DNA of 62,955 bases, counting the filler, from Reclinomonas americana ATCC 50394 (taxonomy: Eukaryota), in assembly GCA_048213135.1 (NCBI GenBank). It is 4 parts of 2 records of this genome, joined end to end, with 100 filler letters (N's around TTAATTAATTAA, not from the genome) between each part and the next. Parts side by side here need not be neighbours in the genome. Positions count along the whole stretch, not along the records: positions 22,113 to 52,870 come from PS015188.1; positions 52,971 to 57,620 come from PS015188.1; positions 57,721 to 62,955 come from PS015188.1; 1 more part is not named here. One strand, written 5' to 3'. Made by a program: the position numbers and the translations under genes. Position 1 is the stretch's first letter. Every line of letters begins with the position of its first letter. Positions 48,648-60,927 of the stretch are shown here, piece after piece. The notes under the pieces are model-generated. The model did not search any database. It saw only the letters and a list, made by a program, of their open reading frames with translations, and had not been told where the DNA came from.

Positions 48648-51608
48648 CACTCCCGCAGACGCAACGATCGCTTCTTCTTCTCGCTGACGTCGGCCGTGAC
48701 CCACAGTGCTGGCAAGTACGCAAACAGCACCTTCGGCTCCGGCTCAGACAAACAAATGTCCTTCTTGTTCCACGAGGCGCCTTCCAGGAACAAACCATGG
48801 ATCTGCAGCAGACAAAAAAAAAGAGTGAGCGCTCACGCTTCGCCGAGCTCGAACTGCAACATGTGCGCGCGCGCAAACTCACGTAGACGCCCTCTGGTGG
48901 TGGGCCAGGAATCTCGTCAAAGCGCTCGAAGCGCTTGACTTCTGAGCGCATGATGACCTTGTCCAGTGTCCACTTGTCGTCCGCACCCGCAGTGGCATTG
49001 TGCGCACGAGTGACCTCCTGACGCACAGCCGTCAGGAAACCTTGTGGGTTGAAGAAGCCGGCCAGCCAGTAGCTCTTCGGGCGACCTGTGCGACACAGAG
49101 TACGAGTGAGAAGGGAGGAAAACTCACTCTCGACAGNNNNNNNNNNNNNNNNNNNNNNNNNNNNNNNNNNNNNNNNNNNNNNNNNNNNNNNNNNNNNNNN
49201 NNNNNNNNNNNNNNNNNNNNNNNNNNNNNNNNNNNNNNNNNNNNNNNNNNNNNNNNNNNNNNNNNNNNNNNNNNNNNNNNNNNNNNNNNNNNNNNNNNNN
49301 NNNNNNNNNNNNNNNNNNNTAACATCAAAAGAAACACGCACCATGCTCGACCCAGTTGTTCATCTGGTCAAAGCGCTGCATGAGTGCCTCGAACCAGTTA
49401 CCGAGAGACGGCGCCGGCCATGAGATCTTGAGCCACTTGGGCGGCACACGACCATCGTAGATCTGGCAAACAAACACACCAACACTCTAGTCAGCACAAG
49501 AAACCACATTGGCAGGCACCCAAAACACACTGAAACATAAAACGCACCGAGTTCAGTGCCGACTGCAGATCCACGCTCATGATAATGGTGCCGGCAATGG
49601 CCAGCTTGAGATCCGACAGCGTGCGGCGCACCAACGTAATCACCATCTGCAAGCGATCGATCTCTTGCAGGATGAAAATGTTGAGTGGCTCGCTCGGCGG
49701 GTGAATGCGCTCGCGGCAGTGGTCCTTGTCAAAGTCACGCGGCAGCTTGCTCAACATGTCGTCGGCAGAGCGCTCCACTTCCTCCTCGCGTGTCAAACCC
49801 GAGCCACCACCACCCTCCTTGGGTTGAATGTCCAGCGCAGTCGACAACACCTGCGCGTTCACAAAGAACAATGAGTGACCAGTGAATACTCACTCCACAT
49901 TGTGCATAGAAGAGGCACGCACCGCTCCCGACTCCTTCATGCGGAACGTGAGATCGGCGTTGGGGTGCAGACCGTACACCTCCGGTGACTCCACGTCGGG
50001 CAACATGGACACCGCCTGGCGGAAGAACGTAATCTCGTTCGCCTCGCCGCTACCTTCGGCAACTGGCGGGCGCGACGGGACGCGGTAGCCAGGATAGAAT
50101 TCGTAGGCATTGGTCAGCACGTAGTCGGCCAGGTAACGCTCGGCGTACGTGTTGAAGAGGCGGCGATCCTTGTCGTCGGTGATACGACCGCCGTAGTGAA
50201 TCTCGGACACCATGTACCGAATGGTCTCGTACGACGGTTGCTTCTTGCGAGGATCGTCGCCAATCTGGAACATGTGCTTCTCCAGGAAGGACACGGAAGC
50301 TGCGTAGTGCATGCACAATGTGTGTATGAGAAAATAGTGCGCGGAGGGAACAACCAACACCGACGACCAACCTTCCAAGTCCGACTGGTTAAACTCGTAC
50401 GGAATGTTCCATCCGAGCGGACCAAACTTGCGGCGCTCCTGCACCACCGAGTGCAAGAAGCAGGTGGTGTACAGCAGCGGCTTCCACTCCGGGCGTGTGA
50501 CACGCTCCAACATATCCAGTGACACCCACTGGAACGAGCGCTCCAGGCCAGCGCGAATGCCGCGCGGCGGCTCGTTGGTGAGCTTGATAGACATTTGCAG
50601 CAGGCCAATGGGGAAGTTCGGGTGCGGCTCCGAGGTGACCCACAGGCGGAAGTTCTCGTGAATCTCCGTCGTCTTCATCAGCGTGTCTTCGATTTCACCC
50701 ATGAAGCCCAGACCCAGATGGCAGTTCTGCAGCATCAGCCACGTGCCCTTCTGGAATCCGTTCTGCATCAGGGCGCGAGCGCGCGGCTCCTGACCACGGC
50801 CGAGCGAGATTGTGTCGATTGACGTCTGCACACACAAGAGCATGAAAGAGAGGTTAGCCATGTCCTTTCGGCGTAGGTGCGTGTGTGTGTGACTGCGGTC
50901 TCGCCTTCTTCTTCTTGGCCAGGGCATAGATCGAGCCGGTCGGATCGGAGCCTGGTGACAGCACGTACAGAATCGGGCAGCGAGCATTGCTCTCCTCATA
51001 AGCGTCCTCCAAGTTCGGCACAATGCCTGTCACATACTCCTTGCGCTCCAGCGTCGGCGTGTCGGCGATAAAGTCGGCGGCAGCCAACATGGTACGATCC
51101 TGGCGGAGCGAGCGCACCAGCAGGAGGCGATCAAATGACGACAGCCTGTGAAGGAATTCCGTGTGAATCTCACGAAGCGAGGAACGGGAGAGGTGCTCGC
51201 AGAGTACGCAACTTGTCGTGCAAGTCTGGCACCTTTTGCGCCTCGGGATTCTCAGAGTCGTACCACAGACCCCACGCGTTGAACTCGTTGCGCTGGATCA
51301 TGTCGCACAGCTCGCGGAACACCGGAACCGAGTTCGACAGCTGCACCACATTGAGCCAGGCCGAATCGGTGATCCACTCGTACGGCTTGCGGCGCGAGTC
51401 CTTCAGCGACAGCGTGGCACCGCCCTTCAGCAGCGTGTTGAAGGCGCTGCGACCAATGGTGCCAGAGTGCAAGTTGATTTCGCAAGCCAGCAGCAGCGAG
51501 TACAGTGGCTTGTGAATCTCAAACAGGCCGCGCGACACGAACACAAAGACAATGAATGTCAGCGTCTCGATAATGTTGCGCACACGCTTGCCAATCAGCG
51601 GGTCCTGC
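48648..51608 (-). CDS. DNAH5/ODA2-like: Axonemal dynein heavy chain, AAA6 and C-terminal region
   Basis: LSPGSDP, ISLGRGQ, WLMLQNCHLG, FRLWVTSEPHPNFPI, TNEPPRG, VVQERRKFGPLGWNIPYEFN, HYGGRITDDKDRR and YWLAGFFNPQGFLTA. Confidence 0.95.
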
Positions 51609-52352
51609 AGGCGAGGTGGATGAGTCCAACAAACCGAAAAAGTAATACTGAGTGAGGGGNNNNNNNNNNNNNNNNNNNNNNNNNNNNNNNNNNNNNNNNN
51701 NNNNNNNNNNNNNNNNNNNNNNNNNNNNNNNNNNNNNNNNNNNNNNNNNNNNNNNNNNNNNNNNNNNNNNNNNNNNNNNNNNNNNNNNNNNNNNNNNNNN
51801 NNNNNNNNNNNNNNNNNNNNNNNNNNNNNNNNNNNNNNNNNNNNNNNNNNNNNNNNNNNNNNNNNNNNNNNNNNNNNNNNNNNNNNNNNNNNNNNNNNNN
51901 NNNNNNNNNNNNNNNNNNNNNNNNNNNNNNNNNNNNNNNNNNNNNNNNNNNNNNNNNNNNNNNNNNNNNNNNNNNNNNNNNNNNNNNNNNNNNNNNNNNN
52001 NNNNNNNNNNNNNNNNNNNNNNNNNNNNNNNNNNNNNNNNNNNNNNNNNNNNNNNNNNNNNNNNNNNNNNNNNNNNNNNNNNNNNNNNNNNNNNNNNNNN
52101 NNNNNNNNNNNNNNNNNNNNNNNNNNNNNNNNNNNNNNNNNNNNNNNNNNNNNNNNNNNNNNNNNNNNNNNNNNNNNNNNNNNNNNNNNNNNNNNNNNNN
52201 NNNNNNNNNNNNNNNNNNNNNNNNNNNNNNNNNNNNNNNNNNNNNNNNNNNNNNNNNNNNNNNNNNNNNNNNNNNNNNNNNNNNNNNNNNNNNNNNNNNN
52301 NNNNNNNNNNNNNNNNNNNNNNNNNNNNNNNNNNNNNNNNNNNNNNNNNNNN

Positions 52353-52860
52353 CCTGTACTTGACGACCAAGCTCGCCAACCCGCACTTCTCGCCCGAGCT
52401 GTCCGCAAAGACCACCATCATTGACTTTACTGTCACACTGAAGGGTCTGGAGGATCAGCTGCTGGCGCGTGTGATTCAGCGTGAGCGCAAGGAGCTGGAG
52501 GAGCAGCGTGACGCGCTGCTGCGTGAGATGAACGCCAACCAGAAGAAGAAGCAGGAGCTGGAGGACAATCTGCTGTTCTCGCTGTCCAACTCGGACAAGC
52601 CGCTGCTGGAGAACGAGGAGCTGATTGTGGTGCTGGCCGAGACGAAGAAGACTTCGGTGGAGGTGGAGGCCAACTTGGCCAAGGCCGCCGAGACGGAGAA
52701 GAGCATCAACGCCACGCGTGAGAGCTACCGTGACAGCGCTGCGCGCGGCTCGGTGCTGTACTTCCTCATGGTGGAGATGTCGCTGGTCAACCCCATGTAC
52801 CAGACATCGTTGTCGCGCTTCCTTGACTTGTTCGACCGCGCCATGAACGAGGCCGATGAG
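52353..52860 (+). CDS. Dynein heavy chain AAA5/strut exon, in inverted orientation
   Basis: LYLTTKLANPHFSPELSAKTTIIDFTVTLKGLEDQLL...ELEDNLL...RGSVLYF...VNPMYQTSL. Confidence 0.92.
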
Positions 52861-52870
52861 GTGCGTGCCG

Positions 52871-52970
52871 NNNNNNNNNNNNNNNNNNNNNNNNNNNNNN
52901 NNNNNNNNNNNNNNTTAATTAATTAANNNNNNNNNNNNNNNNNNNNNNNNNNNNNNNNNNNNNNNNNNNN
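52871..52970. other. Artificial scaffold linker
   Basis: 44N-TTAATTAATTAA-44N. Confidence 0.97.
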
Positions 52971-53061
52971 CTGCGCGTGAGAGAGAGAAAGAGAGAGAGA
53001 GAGAAAGGTGAGCACCACTTGTTGTCGACAGTAGGAGAGAGACACGCGCGCTGGAACTGAC

Positions 53062-56000
53062 CTCCTGGCGACCCTGATAACCGGGGTTCATGGTGATAAA
53101 GTAGCCAGTCTCCGGACGCAGGCGAATCACCTGACCGTCGGTGAACTGGAACTCCTTCAGGCGGTTGCGAATGGCGAGCAGAATGCACTGAATCTGCTGC
53201 GCCACCACAGACAGCACGTCGAGGTCGATACGGTTGAACTCATCGAAATCGCCCCACGCGCCCGACTGTGCGCAGCCCTTGAAGATCTTGCCCATCGAGT
53301 TGTGGTCCATCTGATCGGAGCAGTTGAACACGACGACGTACTTGCCGCAAGCACGACCGAGATCCTTGACGGTCTCGGTCTTGCCCGTACCGGCGGGGCC
53401 GGCGGGCGCACCGCCGAGGTACATGCCCAGCGCTTGTGACAGCGTAATGTAGCAGCTAAGTGGGAGGGAAAGGCAATTTGTCAGGAGAAGGGGACGAAAG
53501 AAAAATGTCACCTAAAAAACACTCTCACCGATCCGTCAGTGGCGTGACGACCAGGCGCTCCTTGGCACCGAGGTACTCGTACGAGTAGGGGAACTCCACA
53601 TCAGTGACGCAAACCAAGCACTCGTCGAGGTCCGGCTGCCAGTAGAAGCGCAGCTGCTTCTGCCAATCGAAGCACTCGGGGCCGACATCGGCCTTCTTGC
53701 CGGCTTCACGCATTTCACGCATCTTCTGCTTGGCCAGCTCGTCGAACACGTCACGCTGATGCATCTGGATGGTGATGTTGGTCTCCACCGTCAGACGAGT
53801 GAGCTTGTCCAGAGTCGGGTCTTGCGTCAGCATGGTGAGATCGACCAGCAGCTGGTTGATGCGCTTGTTGGCGTCGGGCAAGGCGCGCTTGTCGCCAGCG
53901 CGAGCCTTGCTCAGCGACTCCTCAGCCTCCACCGTCCAGCGGAACTGCAGACCGAGCAGCGAGATTTGCGCGGGGAAGCGCGTGACAAACTCGCCGACCT
54001 TGAAGTCGGGGTCGCAGGCCTCCACCGAGCACTTGCGGATAATGTCCTTGATCGTGTTCTTCATGCCGTCCTCCATCACATTCAGCCAGTCCTCCACGTG
54101 GCCAGTGGCCACCACCGGCGCGGTCATTTGCACTATCTCACCCTCCTGCGAGATCATTTGCACAATCTCGTTCTTGGCAGCCTTGTCGAACACGACACTG
54201 GGTCGAAACAAATGTGAGGAATGGCAGTGGCAGGGGGAGTGAGAAAAATAAAAGAGAGTACGCACCGGCCAATCGAGTCGAACACGGACGACAAGTGCGG
54301 CTGGATGGCGTGCGGGTCGGACGACTGACTCAGAATCTCGAGCAGCACCGGATCCGACACAAAGTAGAAGCGCGGGAAGCGGTTACGCTTCTGCTCCAGG
54401 TAGTCACTGAGCGAGCGCTGGCACGACTCCAGCTGCTCACGCAGGTAGTCGAGCGAGCCNNNNNNNNNNNNNNNNNNNNNNNNNNNNNNNNNNNNNNNNN
54501 NNNNNNNNNNNNNNNNNNNNNNNNNNNNNNNNNNNNNNNNNNNNNNNNNNNNNNNNNNNNNNNNNNNNNNNNNNNNNNNNNNNNNNNNNNNNNNNNNNNN
54601 NNNNNNNNNNNNNNNNNNNNNNNNNNNNNNNNNNNNNNNNNNNNNNNNNNNNNNNNNNNNNNNNNNNNNNNNNNNNNNNNNNNNNNNNNNNNNNNNNNNN
54701 NNNNNNNNNNNNNNNNNNNNNNNNNNNNNNNNNNNNNNNNNNNNNNNNNNNNNNNNNNNNNNNNNNNNNNNNNNNNNNNNNNNNNNNNNNNNNNNNNNNN
54801 NNNNNNNNNNNNNNNNNNNNNNNNNNNNNNNNNNNNNNNNNNNNNNNNNNNNNNNNNNNNNNNNNNNNNNNNNNNNNNNNNNNNNNNNNNNNNNNNNNNN
54901 NNNNNNNNNNNNNNNNNNNNNNNNNNNNNNNNNNNNNNNNNNNNNNNNNNNNNNNNNNAGACAGTGAGTGAGAGCAGGCGGGGCGGAGAACTACAGGCGA
55001 TGCTGCTGCAACATGGAACGCACCAAACTTGAGGTCCTCCAGCTCGTGAATCTCGCGATTGAGCTTCTTGTTGGTGTCGGAAATGTAGCTGGTGAAGCCA
55101 TCCAGCTTCTCCTTGGCCTGCGCGTGCAGATTCTGCGCATACTGCAGCTTCCACATCGACGCTTCCTGCTTGAGATGCTCGCAGAGGCGCGCAGTCGACA
55201 GCTGGATGCAGCCAATGATGCGGGTGACCGGGATCTGGCCAATCTCCGAGTGCTCAATGAGGTTGTACTTCTTGAGCTCGATCTCAAAGTCCTCCAGCGT
55301 CGGGCTGGTGGTCATGAACTCCTTGTACTTCTTGACCTTGTCCTCGCGCCACAGGTAGTCGTAGCGACGGAACGTGTCCAGGTACTCCATCACCTGGCGA
55401 CGCAGGCCGTGGACGCCGCCCGTCAGCGTCAGCACCGTCTTGGCGATCTGCCGGCTGCGAGCAATCTGCACAAAGTAGGAGTTCTGCGGGGAGGGGAGGG
55501 AAGAGAGTGAGCACAAAGAGACAGACAGCGCGAGCGAGGCGTCAATCACTGACTGACCTGCGGCGTGCGATCAGCGGCACCCCACACAAAGACGTTCTTG
55601 CTAATGTCGAACACGACATTGGCCACCGTGTTGACGGCCTCCTGAATCTCGTCGAGCGACGGGTTCATCACGTAGTTCGGCTTCAAGAACTCCACGTCGA
55701 CCTCAAACAGCGGCGAGTCGACGCGCAGGTTGCCGTCGGCGTCGTGCGAGCCAATGCGCGACTTGAGTTGGTGCAGCGACTGGGTGGTGGCCGCCAGAAT
55801 CGAGCGGAACATCATCTGGCCGTAGTGCGACAACACCAGCTTGACGTCCTTTTGCGACACGGTGCGCTCCGGGTCGTCGAACGGGAAGTGTGTCGCCAGG
55901 TCGATAATGTCCTCCACGGCTCGTTGCACCTCAATGTTCTTTTGTGACAAGAACTGTAGTGGAACTCATGTCAGCCGCTGTGGTTGGATAGAAAGCGATG

Positions 56001-57568
56001 ATATTCCCGTCGCATCCCACTCACCTCTGTCTGCGCAGCGGCGTGACGCTGCTGCATGCTGATGAACTGGTCAATGGTGAACGACTCGCCCTTGGGAATG
56101 TCGACCAGGGTGACGTTGCTGATGACGGCCAGGTTCGAGTCGATGCGGTTCTGGATCACATCGTTGACCTTGATGACCAGCTCCTCCAGCTTCGCCACGC
56201 CAGCGTGGATCTTCAGCAGGTAGCCGTCAATGTTCATCGAGTTCCACGTCAGCAGCACCATGCCGGGCAGGATCTTGCGGTCCAAATCCTCAATGTGCGG
56301 CTCCAACAGTGGGCGCACCACCGTGTTGATGCGGCTCGTGACGCGCTCGTACTCCTTGATGGCGTACGTCAGTTGGTTCTTGTAGCGCTGCGCATTGAAA
56401 ACAGTGATGAGTGGGAGGGCGGAGGTGGGGAGAGGCGAGGAGAGGACAAAGGAGGACGAAACCTTGAACTTCTCCTCCTGCAGCAGCACCATCTTGGCGC
56501 TGTCAGGCACCTCGATGCCGAGGCGCAGCAGCCACTTGGTCTCGCGAATCAGCTCCAGAATGGCATTGTCAAAGTTGACGTGCAGGCGGCCGGTCTCGGC
56601 ATTGCGCACAATCAGCGTCGCCTGCAGGCCCGACTTGGACGTCTCAATGTGACGCACCCAGGCCGTGTGCCAGATGGTCTCGAACTCGATCAGCGCACGC
56701 GCCACGCGGTTGTACGTCTTGATGATCTTGCTCGAGTCCTTGGCGTTCATGATCTTGTCGTTGTCCTGGAACTTGAGCATGGGCTCTTCGATGCGGCGGT
56801 ACAACTGACGCGACCAGATAATGTTGCCAGCCACTGGCGGCGCATTGCGGATGAGTGGTGGGTTGTGCTTGTGGCGCTCATACGCCTTTTGCACTTGCTC
56901 CAGATCCTGGCCGTACTGGTGGAAAATCAGCATGTACTTGTTGTCGAGGCCCGCCTGTCATCACGCATGGGGTTTAGTCACACGCGACATCACAACCATG
57001 GTGACTTGTGTGTGCGCCGCACCTTCAGATTCTCGCGTTGCAGAATCGACTGGAACTTGCGCAGCAGGATCAGCGAGTCCTCCGTGCTGCGAATGTTCTC
57101 AAAGCTCGAGTTGATAAACACCTGCAAACGGTGTGAGATCACTGCAACGCCGGTCTTCCCCTCCTTTCCCTCCCTCTCTCCGTCTCACCTGCAATGAGTT
57201 CTCAAACATCTCAATCTGCTTCTGGAACTCGGCATAGTCCTTCTCAAAGTACGCATTGTCCTCCACCAAATTGTAGCGCTTGTTGCGCATCTTTTCGACC
57301 TCGTCGAGGAAGGTCTTGGTGAGACTCTCCATGCCATCAATCTTGTGCTGCACACACGCGGGGGAGCACAACAGCCACGGTAAGCAACATAGTGGAACAA
57401 AGAGTGGCAAACGCGCACACAGACCTCAATCAGAGTCATGAACTGCTTGACAGTGCGGAACATGTCCATCAGTTTGCGGAGACGCACGCAGAACCGATCA
57501 AACTTCTCAAAGATGGGCACGCGCTCCAGCTCAAATGAGCGTCCGCGCGGCTGTGTCATGAGCTTCTC
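53062..57568 (-). CDS. DNAH5/ODA2-like: Outer-arm dynein gamma-type heavy chain, tail/linker/AAA1 (partial)
   Basis: AAA1 P-loop [42 protein letters not shown]; linker [16 protein letters not shown]; tail [16 protein letters not shown] and [11 protein letters not shown] typical of the gamma/DNAH5/8 clade. Confidence 0.93.
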
Positions 57569-57620
57569 CTGCAGTCACGAAAAGCGAGTGAGCGCGCGCG
57601 CGTGGAGATGTCGGCGGCTG

Positions 57621-57720
57621 NNNNNNNNNNNNNNNNNNNNNNNNNNNNNNNNNNNNNNNNNNNNTTAATTAATTAANNNNNNNNNNNNNNNNNNNNNNNN
57701 NNNNNNNNNNNNNNNNNNNN
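57621..57720. other. Artificial scaffold linker
   Basis: 44N-TTAATTAATTAA-44N. Confidence 0.97.
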
Positions 57721-58922
57721 AGCGCGTCACCACTCCGGCGCTGAGCTCGATACAGTGCCCCACTCGAGTGGGAGATAATGGTCTTCTCCAGCGTAAACGG
57801 CTGACGGCGAGTCTCCACATCTGTGACGACAGTGTCAGCGGTGGAGCAGGTGGACGGACGGCGAGAGACTGAGAGAGACCAGGTATCGCGGATTGTGATC
57901 GCCGCCGCGGCAGCGCCAGCACTCCCGCGTTTGGTGTCGTCGGTCGCCCTCGTGTGTGATGATGAAGATGATGTCGACTGCAGTTTTTGGAGCAGGAGCC
58001 GTCACGTCCGCGGGGCGGTCGCCACAGCTGCAGCGAGCCGCGCGTCTGCGACGACATGGGTCGCGGTTGCAGCGCCAGTTCGGGCACTGGTGGAGTCTGT
58101 GCACGGCCGAGTGAGAAGTGAAGCGCCGGAAAAAACGCTGGTGAGCTGCGCGCGTAACTGCGGCGCCCAGTCGCGAGGGTGGGCGAGAGCCGACGGCAGC
58201 TTGTGCTGTGGCCGGGCGTCGCGGACGTGCGACAGGCGACGATGGCAAGACAGGTCNNNNNNNNNNNNNNNNNNNNNNNNNNNNNNNNNNNNNNNNNNNN
58301 NNNNNNNNNNNNNNNNNNNNNNNNNNNNNNNNNNNNNNNNNNNNNNNNNNNNNNNNNNNNNNNNNNNNNNNNNNNNNNNNNNNNNNNNNNNNNNNNNNNN
58401 NNNNNNNNNNNNNNNNNNNNNNNNNNNNNNNNNNNNNNNNNNNNNNNNNNNNNNNNNNNNNNNNNNNNNNNNNNNNNNNNNNNNNNNNNNNNNNNNNNNN
58501 NNNNNNNNNNNNNNNNNNNNNNNNNNNNNNNNNNNNNNNNNNNNNNNNNNNNNNNNNNNNNNNNNNNNNNNNNNNNNNNNNNNNNNNNNNNNNNNNNNNN
58601 NNNNNNNNNNNNNNNNNNNNNNNNNNNNNNNNNNNNNNNNNNNNNNNNNNNNNNNNNNNNNNNNNTCGGCGGCAGTCCCTCGGCATGGTCGCTGCCGACT
58701 TCATCGTCGTCGTCGCCGTCGCCGTCGCCGTCGTCGACTTGGAATCGGTATCGGCCGTCTTCGGATTCGAACACCTCGTTCCAGCTGTCGATGCTGCGCT
58801 TGCGAACTGGCAGTCCCTGTGCGTGCGGGTGATAGTGGACCGGGTTTGGATGCTGCAGAGAGCCGCTGATGATTGCTGGTCCCGCTGCAAATCGCCGTCG
58901 TTCCCGCTCGCTGATGGCGAAG

Positions 58923-58970
<48 letters not shown>

Positions 58971-60798
58971 AACGGCGAAGTTACCGAGGTCGGTGATGTT
59001 GACGTTGGGATTGTGTGCGCCAGTCGCTCCTTTTGCGACGCATGCCTCTGCAGCACCGATACCAGGGCCCGCGTGTACTGCGCGGCATGAGCATTGAGCG
59101 AGTGCATAGTGCTGCTTAGTTCTCCAGCAGCTGCCGTGCTGTCGCGGGTCGGTGGTGCAGTTGCCGGCGTGTGCCTCGCTCTGTGCACTTGGTTGAATTC
59201 CTCGACCGACTCGCGCTCCAGCGTCGCCGCATGGTGGTCGTGCGATGCCAGTTGGTGTAATCGCAGTAGTGCCGCAGAGTTGTTGCCGGCGGTGGTGCCG
59301 CCAGTGCCGCCGCCACTGCTGTTGGCCGCCAGCGATCGGTTGGCCATGTGGACTAGCAGGGCGGCTTGAGGTATCAGTGGCTGCGGAAGCTGTGATTGTG
59401 GTGGTGGTGGTGGTGGTGGTGGCTGTGGTGGCGGTAGTGCCGCGGTGGCTTGTGACGATAGGCTGTGGACAGGACCACCTCCATGTGAGGGTGTGACAAC
59501 GCAGGATTGGAGCGCGGACGACGCATACCTGCTGGATCGCGAGAGGCGAGATGGCTGCGGAGAAGGGGATCGCGAGCGTGTATTAGGCGAGCGTGATCGG
59601 TCGCGCAGACGACTGAAGGCCTCATTCGCCTGTTCGGGAGTGGCGCCGAGGTTGGCCAGCGGCAGCGGACGACTGGTGCCGTGAATGCCTACCATTGCGC
59701 GGAGGCAAGTGAGTGAGTCGGCGGGCGGAGGACGCAGTTAATGCAACAAGGATGTGTGTACCTCCGTCGGCCACAAAGATCGAGGCTTGTCGCTCTCTCC
59801 AGCAGTCGGCGTACGCCACGCGCATCAGTTTGTCAATGAACAGTGCCACTCTGTGGATGACGTGTGAGCGAGCTCATGATCACGAACGCCAGCCACGTGC
59901 ACGCAACTCAAAGGCCGTCGGTCTCTCGACCCATACTGCAGAATGAAATCATCGTGAGTTCTTTCTCGGATTATCATCGCTAGCAACACACTCAAGCTCA
60001 CCATCGGCGAGCTCCAGCATGCTGATGTTGAAGGTCTTTTCGTTCACCACTCGGCCCGAGCGCAGCGTGTCGAACGTGTAGCTCTCGTCGGCCAGCATCT
60101 TGCTCTGCGACTGCAGCAGGCATGGCAGCAGACAAGCGTGAATCCGCATGGCGAACTTGATGTACTGCTGGCGTGTGAGCGTGTACGACGACACGTTCTT
60201 GCCCACACACTTCCACAGCTGCGCCCGTGCGAGTCAGAACCGCCGCACTATGTCAATGTGTTTTTTTTTACGTGAAAATACCTTGCTCAACGCCTCGACC
60301 ACGCGCGGATGCGTGGCGAGGGAGCTGCGCTGATGATGAAACACAGAAGCACCTCCGCTCAGCTGGTCCCCCGGTGCAGCCGGAGGCAGCGTCCATCTAC
60401 ATCACTCATCCGTAAGAGAAATGAATGATCTATCTTTTCAACTCCAGAGCCGACACGCACGATGTCCGCGGCATCTCGACCAGCACGATCTTGCCCTCGA
60501 CCACCAGCTCGGTGATCTTGGTCATGATCACCTCCCACCGCTGCCGCCGTGTCACACACGGAGTGAGGTTGGCGTCGAGCACGCGATCCCACCAATCGCC
60601 AACGAATTCATCGCCATCCTGTCGGGAACCTGAGTGGAGAGTGGGTGATGTCGACAAAGCACGCCAGTCTGCCTCACCTGCACGGGTCGAATGTGGCCGC
60701 CGATCAACAGATACCACACAGGGTGCATACATCCCGACATACGATTGGCGTCTGTCTGTGAAAACGCACACAAAATGCGGCAAGTAACGCGCGAGCAT
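57721..60798 (-). CDS. Large hypothetical protein: helical degenerate-EF-hand-like domain followed by a long Ser/Pro/Ala-rich disordered region (partial)
   Basis: Exons THPRVVEALSK / LWKCVG...TLTRQQYIKFAMRIHACLLP...TFNISMLELAD / VALFIDKL; a long open exon at 58666-59700. Continuation across the gap is inferred. Confidence 0.55.
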
Positions 60799-60927
60799 TA
60801 TTGACCTGACCGACCCAATCCAGCACGCACACACACGCTCCCCTCGCTCGGCACACCGAGAGAAGCGGAGGAGGAGAGGAGAAAAGAGAGCGCACTCGCG
60901 TGTGTGGGCCCCTCTCGCACAAGAGAG

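Noticed and set aside
12499-57568. A ciliary gene cluster (B9D2, thioredoxin light chain, dynein)
   Set aside because: The genes are on different scaffolds or separated by many unrelated genes.
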